Positions 51,641 to 61,722 of a stretch of DNA of 64,000 nucleotides are shown in pieces. The translations under genes and the position numbers were made by a program. Below the pieces are notes generated by a model, which was not told where the DNA came from, made no database searches, and worked only from the letters and a program-made list of their open reading frames with translations. Positions within the stretch are counted from its first letter, which is position 1. The number at the start of each line of letters is the position of its first letter. This DNA comes from Paraphysomonas bandaiensis (lineage: Eukaryota > Protista > Chrysophyceae), in contig CBFFRP010000058.1 of the NCBI GenBank assembly GCA_965644295.1, positions 239,561-303,560 of the forward strand, given 5' to 3'.

Positions 51641-51778
51641 CTTTGTGTATTTTTGTTCGAAAATGCCTCATATATTGAGACATTAATTATGTGTCTTACA
51701 GCCGTAGTTTTGCGGCACTTATATAGAATATTTTTACTTCAATTTATTCCCGAAAAATTAGATGCTGACTGCCGATAC
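51641..51778 (+). repeat. Dispersed ~145-bp repeat, copy 4
   Basis: Aligns with copy 1; ends GATGCTGACTGCCGATAC. Confidence 0.88.
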
Positions 51779-52272
51779 AAGCAATGCATGCATTAAACAT
51801 TGACACAAGTCACAAATGACTGTATAAAGTTAATAGTATGATATTTCATGTGTGAGTATATTGTCCCGAAAGTTGTTAATGCATAAAAAGAAGAGGACAT
51901 CCTTGATCAAACAGCTCATGAAGCAATCTCGAGTATCCAGTGAGGATCGTATCTTTGCAAGAAGAAATATCTACAAACCGATTGATGGAAGATGACTTGG
52001 AGTGTTTGATGATCTCCTTTTGATAGTTGACTCATCATTGTGGTTTCTCTATAATTGTGTAATATAATGAAATCACATACATTAAATGCAAGATTATATG
52101 CATCATACAGTTAGATCATGTATGTGTTAATTATTAGTCAATTGTAATAAACAAAGTTGTGTATTTAAAACTGACATTGACAAACGCTTCATTATAACTA
52201 ACGTGTATAATATTGTAACAACATATATTATATAATATATATGGTTCTCGCACGCATATAAGTTATACATAA

Positions 52273-53305
52273 TAGGTCTGCGTATCAATTAATTGCCAAT
52301 AGCATGAAGCACTTGCATATCACAACCAATAATGTTGAAAGGTTGTTCAGTAGACAATTATAATTGCAATTATTACTTGTTGTCTCAGTTTCAATCATTG
52401 CAATTAATGACATAAGTAATTCTAAATGCAAATCAGCCACAACAATCTTAGCTCTACTGAACAACCTTTCAACCGTATTGGTTGTGATATGTAAGTGCTT
52501 CATGCAGCGGTAACGAGTTTGCTAGTGAAGACGTGCTCGCTTCCGCTGCCTGCTACTATCAATCTAAAGGTTGCGCTGTGTCGTCATTCTGAACTAGACT
52601 ATCACTGCCATCCATCCATCAACTATCAATTGATCATTGGAAGCATTGTTTTGATCTTGCATTCGACCTCTAAGTCCAAAACTTCCATATATACGTCATC
52701 AATGTTGATTTCGAAATATTACTCAACCCGGTGTTCTGTCGTGTCAATGGTTTTTCCACGAAAGAAAAAGGAAGATCATTTATTATCACCCACTCCAAAA
52801 GTGGTATGCATTCCACGCTTAAGGTGATACTTTGCCCTTGGCATATTTATCCACCACCTTGCTGGGCAGCCAAAACTTTATCTTTCTACCCCTCGTGCTT
52901 GATAGGATGTTGCGACATGTTTGCTCCACCCAAAACCTTTCTTTCGTTTCAGAGCACTTCCGGAATTGCCAAGTCTCTATTATTGCAACCTCTTCGTTAT
53001 TATCATTTATTTTCTCAAAGAACACTCGTGCAATGACTTCTGGTGCCAGCTTATTGCTCCTATCGCCAATTATTTAAGTGAATTATTATGTATGATAATC
53101 CTATGGATATTATAGTCTTATAGTCCTCAATCAATCTTCAATTTTTCTCGTAAATATTGCCGTTTTTTAACAACTCTCAATTGAAGCTAGCTGGAGGCAA
53201 TTATAATTGCAAGCATGATTCGATGTCCCAATTTCAATTATTGCAATTGTAATTGACAATTAATTGCAATTAATTGAAAATCAATTAAGTTGATACGCAG
53301 CCCTT
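52273..53305 (-). mobile_element. Decayed hAT element with transposase fragments
   Basis: Termini TAGGTCTGCGTATCAA / TTGATACGCAGCCCTT resemble the 43612 element; TTNTVERLFSRAK resembles the hAT dimerisation region; no clean TSD. Confidence 0.7.
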
Positions 53306-53658
53306 GTATTAAAGTGTGTTATTTTGGACACAAATCAGGAATATAATGATTTCAACGTTATGAGTATTCTTTGACTTTGTCGTCGTGCTGGTTTATTATA
53401 TTATAAATACCTCACACATAGACAAGAAAATAGTTCCTTACACATACTGCAACATACTGAGTGTCATAGTGCGTCACTTGAATTAAAAACAAAACAAAAA
53501 CAAGATGCAATAAAATGTTATAATTTTTCCACATACGAATTAGTAGAGAGGGTCCAAGCTACGAAGCATAGTAGCAAATACATTCAACGAACATAGAGGG
53601 CACAGTGAACAAATCTAAATTACCAACTTCAACACATCTCCACATATTGCATGCGTAC

Positions 53659-55108
53659 TCAATGTTGTATACTCCATGGACATGGAGGGTCCTGTGAACG
53701 AAGCCATCTCAGAACATCCAAGTGGCCTTTCCTAGCAGCAAAAACTGTGGTTTCTTCATCCCATGGACATGGAGGGTCCTGTGAACGAAGCCACTTCAGA
53801 ACATCTAAGTGGCCATGCAGAGCAGCAGCACGGCAAGAGAGTTCACCCCATGGACATGGAGGATCCTGTGAACGAAGCCATCTCAGAACATCCAAGTGGC
53901 CTTTCCTAGCAGACAGCAACTGTGGTTTCGTCATCCCATGGACATGGAGGGTCCTGTGAACGAAGCCACTTCAGAACATCCAAGTGGCCACCTCCTGCAG
54001 CAGCACGACAAGTCGCTCTATCCCATGGACATGGAGGGTCCTGTGAACGAAGCCATCTCAGAACATCCAAGTGGCCATTCTTAGCAGCAGCAAATGTGGT
54101 TTCATCCCATGGACATGGAGGGTCCTGTGAACGAAGCCACTTCAGAACATCCAAGTGGCCACCTCCTGCAGCAGCACGGCAAGTGAGTTCACCCCATGGA
54201 CATGGAGGATCCTGTGAACGAAGCCACTTCAGAACATCCAAGTGGCCACCACCAGCAGCAGCATAGCACGCGTGTACTCTCCATAGACATGGAAAGTCCC
54301 GAGAACGAAGCCACTTCAGAACATCCAAGTGTCCATTCCTAGCAGCAACAGTACAGCAAGAGTGTTCATTCCACGACCATGAAGCGCCCTGTGAACGAAG
54401 CCACTTCAGAACATCCAAGTGTCCATTCCTAGCAGCAGCAATTTTAATTTCTTCATCCCATGGACATGGAGGGTCCTGTGAACGAACCCACTTCAGAACA
54501 TCCAAGTGTCCACCTCCTGCAGCAGCACGACAAGTCGCTCTATCCCATGGACATGGAGGGTCCTGTGAACGAAGCCAGCTCAGAATACCCAAGTGCCCAC
54601 CCTCAGCAGCAGCACTGCAAGTCCATTCACTCCATGGACATGGAGGGTCCTGTGAACGAAGCCACTTCAGAACATCCAAGTGGCCATTCTTAGCAGCTAC
54701 AGTACAGCAAGTGTATCCACTCCACGAACATGGAGGGTCCTGTGAACGAAGCCACTTCAGAACATCCAAGTGGCCACCACCAGCAGCAGCATAGAACGCG
54801 TGTGCACTCCATGGACGTGGTGGGTTGATATGTGTGTATAAGTATTTCATTTGCTGTAGTCTGCCGTATAGTGCACATGTATTCATTAGCAGTGTGTGTG
54901 GGCAGCCCATAGCCAGAGCCCATGAGACCATTGAGTTGGTCATACAGTAGTGAGATGCATGTGACTCAAGTCTCTCTCTGCTCTTATCAGTGTAGACTAT
55001 ATCGTGAAGTCTCTTACTAGTCATGACCACAGGAAGAAGAGCTGCGTGTGGGATCATAGAGACGATGAGACGCAACACATCATCGTTAAGATCAGATACA
55101 TTCAACAT
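53659..55108 (-). CDS. Intronless F-box-like + ankyrin-like repeat protein (GHLDVLKWLRSQDPPCPW x ~13), frameshifted near 53912
   Basis: N-terminal VSDLNDDVLRLIVSMI (F-box-like); ~87-bp coding repeats; an apparent 1-bp insertion (GTTGCTGTCTGCTAGG) shifts the last repeats into another frame. Confidence 0.8.
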
Positions 55109-55256
55109 ATCAACACTGATTCATAGTAGGCTAATGGAGTGTATATACAGCAGATGATTATGAGATGGAGGAGTGTGTGTATATGTATATACATATATAC
55201 ATGTACATGTGTATATGAGATGGATATACGTAGTAAGATATTGTGGTGGACGATTT

Positions 55257-55705
55257 TAGGCTTGGTACAGGGATTTATGTATAAAATCCATGATTTACTC
55301 TATAAATCTACAGTTTTAAATGCAAAACCCCTATTTTGTGAAAAAATTGATTTAAATGTATGCAGTACAGTCAGTTCTCGATATCGTCAATGGATTGTAC
55401 CATAGGGTTACAATTTCCAATAACGGACATTTTTACCATAGAAAAACCGGGTTTTATTTTTACAAAACCCCAGGTTTATTTATAAAAAGCCAGTTTTTGT
55501 TTAAAAATTCAGATATTTTGCATAAAACTCAGTTTTTGGATATACAGCAGTCTCTTCGCGTTATGGTGGACGACATATGGTGGATATGCTCGTTACAGTG
55601 GATGAATTAAGGCTTGGTACGGGGATTTTCGCATAAAATCCCCCGATTTATATATAAACCTATAGTTTTAAATGAAAACCCCTATTTTGTTTGATTTTAG
55701 TGAAA
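55257..55705. repeat. Two direct copies (55257, 55608) of a TAGGCTTGGTAC-terminated repeat; an inverted partial copy at ~51460-51535
   Basis: GGCTTGGTAC.GGGATTT..ATAAAATCC..GATTTA..TATAAA.CTA.AGTTTTAAATG.AAA.CCCCTATTTTGT is shared; probably MITE ends. Confidence 0.7.
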
Positions 55706-55919
55706 ACCATAGCGCGATGTGACTGTATAGTGTACGTATAGTATACTGTATACACTACGTTCATATATACACACATAGTATATATACATACATATGTATG
55801 TCTGTGAGTGCCATATACACACACACAGCATATGATACACATATATATACATACACTGCTGTGATGCACTGGGAACCCACACCAACTATAAACCAGGCTA
55901 AACTATTCAAGAAGTCGAT

Positions 55920-56819
55920 ATGAAAGCTAAGTTACATGGTAAAGCTAAGTATCAGGTGCAAAACTTCAACAAAGTGGTAAGTAACACACACACATACACA
56001 CATATACACATACATATACACATACATACACATATACATATACACATAGATATATACACATAGAGAGATAGTTATCCACATATATATACAGTATCTCAAT
56101 AACATTATCTTGTAGTGCACTCATTGGCGTCATGACTGCGATCAAATTACTTTATTACTACAACAATTAAATCAATTAGCTTCCACATTAAACAGTATTA
56201 CTAATATAGCCTCATCCAACAAGATGGATGATTTGAGAATGATATTCCCGGGAATAATGGATCGTCTAACCGGTTCAGTTATCACTGAGATTGAGGATAC
56301 GAGTAATCAAATAAAGAGTTTTATGTATGTTTTGTGGTGTATATGAACTTGACGTTGACGTTTCTAGCAGGCGATCTTTGGGTGATGTGGAGGCTGCGAT
56401 GAAACAAGCAGCCCTTGAATCACGCTCGCTCTGCGCAGATAAGGTGGGAGTCTGTCGCTTTGTAAACTTTTCTTCGTACTTTATTCCGTGCTTAGCTGCG
56501 ATATATGTGTGTATCGCATATAGATTATCACATGCTATCCTTTCCCTATTTATAAAATACCCTTTTTTAAATAAGTATTTTCACTGTGTAGGGGAGGGAC
56601 TTAGTGCAAGCCTCTGAGGACAATGATGGCGGAGGTCTGGATATGCTGCTCCACATTCAGCGAGCTCAGGCAAAATATAGTTCTGACTACTATGCGAAGA
56701 GTATCTTAATCGATAAGCTCTTTGGCGAGAATTCCGATGGCGCATCAAAAGATAGCTATTGGGTGAAGTGTGATGTTATCAAAGAGGTTCTTGAGCAGTG
56801 GAATAATGATATCGCATAA
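55920..56819 (+). CDS. Hypothetical helical protein, C1orf109/CA109-like, 4 exons
   Basis: In-frame exons 55920-55976, ~56116-56324, 56371-56443, ~56592-56819. LRMIFPGIMDRL and YSSDYYAKSILIDKL..W recall the CA109-like family (from memory, unverified). Confidence 0.5.
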
Positions 56820-57382
56820 ACTAGTTGGATGTAGTGCACGTTATTGTTCAGGTAAATACTTAGTAAATAATGTATGATAGTACTTTGTTATTAATTGCAG
56901 CCGTTGGTTAGAACTCATTTTGTGAAGCTAAATCTTATGGGTTGTAGAGGCGATATACTACAAAATTATAAACTAAAAGTTATGATTTCAGACGATATAA
57001 CTCTTGCAAGCATCCCTAAAGCTTCAACACAAGATATACTGCGTTGCACCACTTGCGATATACATTAATTATTTTATTCCATATAATAATACACGTGGGT
57101 TCTCTAACATCTAACCTTATCGTCCAAACAAAAAACAAGTCATGTCGACTTTGCTTCAATGTTGTCGGAATCGCACCTAGACGTATGCTCTGGAGCAGAA
57201 GTGTCGGTAAGATTCACCCTGGTAAAGTGTATGTTTTCTATCCATTACTCGAGACAGATTTTTTAAATTGTGAGTAAGAAAACATAATAGCTAGTTGTGC
57301 GGTGTACACCACTTGCAGATGTACAGTATTCCCCTCCAATTCATCCCATGGTGGACCAGTCTCTGTATTGCTGTTTACTTTC

Positions 57383-58725
57383 TCATTTCTTATTTCCAGC
57401 CTTGAAAAATACTTGCACAATCGTCACAACTACAATGATGAAGAAAGAGATACATAGTAAAATGGAAAATCCATCGTCAAAACTAAACGACGATGACACG
57501 CTGTTTATGAGTTGTAAGCCTTTATAATTCTCCGCGATAGGTTGGTATCTATAGTCTAGTTTATCTATGACAGTTTTTTTATGTACAATTTGCTCAGAGA
57601 TGGCTACTCTTCTCAATCTACGGGCAGACATGGCAGCCATTTGATCATCACTGGATGGTCTGACATATCCTAGACTCTTCATGAAAGGCTGAAGTTGCTG
57701 GATAATTCTCGATGTAGCATCCGGCGGAGGAACATCAAAGAGACAAAGTGCCTGAAAGGGCAACCCTGTTTGTAATGCAAAGTTTATATTTGATATCTGC
57801 AGATTAGAAAATTCTCGAGCTAAAAAGGACATCTTCTCATCTGTCGAAGATGTCAACTCATTATTCGCATCCAGGTACTGAGATAGAGACTGGAAATTGT
57901 CAGAAACATAGCCACCTTTCATCAAACACCCTGTCAATCATATCTATCAGTGTGGAAACCTTTCTAATCGGAGAACAGAACATTTATAAACCAAACAATC
58001 AGTTTATACACACCTATCCAATCAAATCCATGTCGTACACCTTCTTCATTCCATAAAGATGGATGACATATGAGTGTATTAGAGTGTTGTGTTACTCGTC
58101 GATGAACCCACTCAATTGGATCACGTAATGTGATGAGTATACCGATATTACTCCCTGTATGTATATATGGTCCATCTAATCTCTTATTATATGTATGATG
58201 TGTATCATGCGATGAGAGTAATGTCATCATCTCAATAAAGATAACATCAATTGGAGAATCAGTAATAAATTCATAGTATTGTGATGTTATATGTATAGCT
58301 TGATATAATGATTGTAATAATACTTTACTCATACATGATTTCGTCTTATGTGTATGTAATACGCATGTAGTTAATTGTACAAGCCAATCTTTTAATAGAT
58401 ATAATTGTGAGAGATGTTTGTTAGGGATGTTACAGACAAGACGATAATGTAATGATTTCATATGATAATAATCACAATAGAGTTTATATATATAACGTGT
58501 ACCTGTACTACCTGATCCTATATTTATAACACGTATAGATGATGTATGTATAGATGGTGTATGTATAGATGGTGTAGTGATGGTATGGTTTATATATGAG
58601 GGTGAAGGTAAGGAGGGTGTGTGTGATGTAGTAGTAGTTGGGTGGAGTAAAGAAGTGAAGTGATGACATGAACTATTAAGTTCAATCGAGTGAAATGAAG
58701 TATATGTATGTGGATTGTTAGACAT
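57383..58725 (-). CDS. Sulfotransferase-like (P-loop) protein with C-terminal TM helix, at least 2 exons
   Basis: RVINIGSGSTGT (5'-PSB-like), FITDSP, ILITLRDPIEW (3'-PB-like); intron ~58013-57931; start uncertain. Confidence 0.7.
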
Positions 58726-58794
58726 TAGTTGAAGTGTATTGTTCGATGGTTAAGTTATGTGAAGTGTGGATATATGCAGAGATATCAAAGCTAC

Positions 58795-59075
58795 ATGTAC
58801 CTACATACGTACCTACATACATACATACATACGTACATACATACATACATACATACATACATACATACATACATACATACATACATACATACATACATAC
58901 ATACATACATACATACATACATACATACATACGTACATACATACATACATACATACATACATACATACATACATACATACATACATACATACATACATAC
59001 ATACATACATACATACATACATACATACATACATACATACATACATACATACATACATACATACATACATACATA
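58795..59075. repeat. (CATA)n microsatellite
   Basis: Direct tetranucleotide array. Confidence 0.98.
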
Positions 59076-60487
59076 CACACATATACATACAGAACACCCA
59101 CACACATATACATGCATAGACCGCATGGAGCACCCTGAATAGTCATACAACTGAAGCAGAACCGTTCACCACCAATGCGCCTCTGAGTATGTTATTTTAT
59201 ATGGTGTATCTGCATTAATGGTGCTGTGGAAGCATAGTATCCGTTAGAAGACTGTGACGCTGTTGTTAGTGGAGCTGGTGGTGATCATCCATATGAGGGC
59301 TTCCTCTATAAGGATAGCATATGAGTAATATGAGAGTGTGGATGAGTTGTGGGGGTGGTGGGAGTGTATGTATGTGGTAAGGGACGCCTCTTACGACCCA
59401 ACCAGTGAAGAGCCTGTCGACCATATGACTCCTAATGCTGTATCACTCGTAATGACCTGCTGTGTCCTGTAAATATGACTGAAGTTTACATATATCATTC
59501 ATCAAGATGAAGGAGCTGTCGTCGATAAGATGTATGAAGGTGCTGTCGTAGATAAGATATGTATGTACGTATGTACATATATTACTATCATTGTTTACCA
59601 TGTAGAGTTGTTTACTAATCATATATATGATATACCGTCTAGTTAGAAATACAGAATGTAAGGAAATGTGATCGTTGGGAATTAGTGTAGTTAGCGGTTG
59701 AATATTATCACTGTATTATATTCATAATTCAGTATTGTATAATAATCATTATTTTCTACCTCTTTTATGAGAGTAGCCTTATATATAGATATAGAGGCTA
59801 CACACTACTGTAAACCACTACTGCGTACTTCTCATAACAGTTATTATTTAAATATCTAACGCAGATTTAAGCTTAGTAACAGAAATAGAATGTTGTGATT
59901 ATTAGAGTGCAGAGTGCACAGTAATGTAGTAAAGTGAATATTAATGTAGAAGCAACGTAACTATCACACACAACAGAATAGTAAGAAGTATATAGTATAG
60001 CATTATGATGATGACGATCATGTATCTTCAACAGATACTTCCATTAATTCAGTTCATGATATATTTCATTGAACATTATATTTTACATTTTACGTATACT
60101 ACCTTATATTAAGATGAATCCTAATAAGCTTTCAATTGCTTACACACAGCTAAACGCTAAACACACTGAGTGCTGTATTATTCAAGTAATGGCTGCAATT
60201 AAATTACCGTAACATACAGCTTTTAATAGATCAAAATAACAATACTCGATAATACATTTAACTTTGGGATAAAGAGTATCATCCCTTGTCAAAAATTTAA
60301 ATATCGGGGGATATTGAGCGCCCGGCGATATAACCTCTTTGTAGTACGTGGAAAATATATATAACTATTTATAGTGCTTTCATCAGATTTCATCAAGAGC
60401 ACAACACTGTACAAATGAAATGGAATATACGGTACAAACATAGAGCAAAAAAATATTGGAATAAAATAAAAAACGTAAGGGCTATTT

Positions 60488-61453
60488 CTACTCAAGCGCA
60501 GAAGCTCCACTGCCTTGAGAAGGCGTATAACATGTACTCAACGGTTTAAATTTAATTCGAAATGGGGGATTGTTATCCATATCGTATTCTCTAAGGACAT
60601 CAACCAGTGGATTATCGTATTCCCTCGGACTGGGAGCATGAATTCGCTCCATAGAGATGCTTGGGATACGATCCATAAGGCTACTTCCTCCACTGCTCAA
60701 GGTTTTAAATACCATTCGAGCGGAGTAGTTTGTAGTCTTCATATCTGTTAGCTCTTTCTTTATTGCTGCCAACCTGGAGGATAGCTCTTGTCTAAATATT
60801 ACATCTTTATATCTTGAGCAGAGCACCCGTACATATGATGCCTCCATATGGGCTTTATTTTTGCTGCGACAGTTGCAGATAGTACTCCAAAAGGCCTCAC
60901 CACAGATCCGACGGCGAAGAGTGGCCTGTAAAGTTTTTACAGGTGAACAGAGTGAAGGATGACCCTGGCACCATTGAGCAAACATGCTAGCAGTAATTGC
61001 GTCGCCGCTACTCAGCAATAGTTCAGAAACAGCGTGTATATTCGCATCGTCTTCTAAATTGTCTCCATGGATATCTACCAGCAACTTCCGCATATTTGCC
61101 GACGTTAAGGAATCGATATTGTCGTCATCATATACAATGAATATGTATGGTGCCATTTCACAGGCCTCCAGTGATAAAAAACACCACACCAAACATACAA
61201 ATTGGGAAAAATTCACACTCTTGGCACCAGTCACCTGACAGAATCTTCGGGGACTGAATATTTTATGCTCTAACTGTCTGGCCTGTAGACCCAATTGCGT
61301 AAATATATTATGAATGTCGACACTATCACAGTGTGGAGGGGAGAAACTGGAGAACACATCAAACAATTGATTGAGCTCTGAATATGACAGTCCAATTTCT
61401 GATAGAAGGACAGAACTGACCGAATCTATTGAAGAGCTTTGACAACATCCCAT
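60488..61453 (-). CDS. EF-hand protein (calcineurin-B/recoverin-like) with N-terminal MGCC
   Basis: MGCCQSS; LNQLFDVF, VNFSQFVCLVWCF, YIFIVYDDDNIDSLT (EF loop), LQATLRRRICGEAFW. Confidence 0.7.
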   Translation of the reverse strand: MGCCQSSSIDSVSSVLLSEIGLSYSELNQLFDVFSSFSPPHCDSVDIHNIFTQLGLQARQLEHKIFSPRRFCQVTGAKSVNFSQFVCLVWCFLSLEACEMAPYIFIVYDDDNIDSLTSANMRKLLVDIHGDNLEDDANIHAVSELLLSSGDAITASMFAQWCQGHPSLCSPVKTLQATLRRRICGEAFWSTICNCRSKNKAHMEASYVRVLCSRYKDVIFRQELSSRLAAIKKELTDMKTTNYSARMVFKTLSSGGSSLMDRIPSISMERIHAPSPREYDNPLVDVLREYDMDNNPPFRIKFKPLSTCYTPSQGSGASALE

Positions 61454-61722
61454 TATATGAGTTTTACGTGATATATATATATGGTATAATGCATGTACCT
61501 CTTGCAAATGTTCATGTACACTGCTTTGTCCATATGGATTGAATTGAACAATAAGATACTATGCAACAACGTCACAATTGTTTAATAGAAAAATGTCCTG
61601 TTTTTTTACCATTATTGACAAATAATATTACAGTATTGTCAAATAAGTGCCTCTGATTTGCTCCATACATATACAGACATACATACATACATACATACAT
61701 ACATACATACATACATACATAC

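Noticed and set aside
51460-55705. Inverted repeat copies on both sides of the ankyrin-like gene as a Pack-type element
   Set aside because: The putative termini point towards the gene rather than enclosing it, and no TSD is visible.
59100-59560. GC-richer stretch upstream of the sulfotransferase-like gene as extra exons
   Set aside because: The minus-strand frames I read contain stops and I could not build a consistent splice model.
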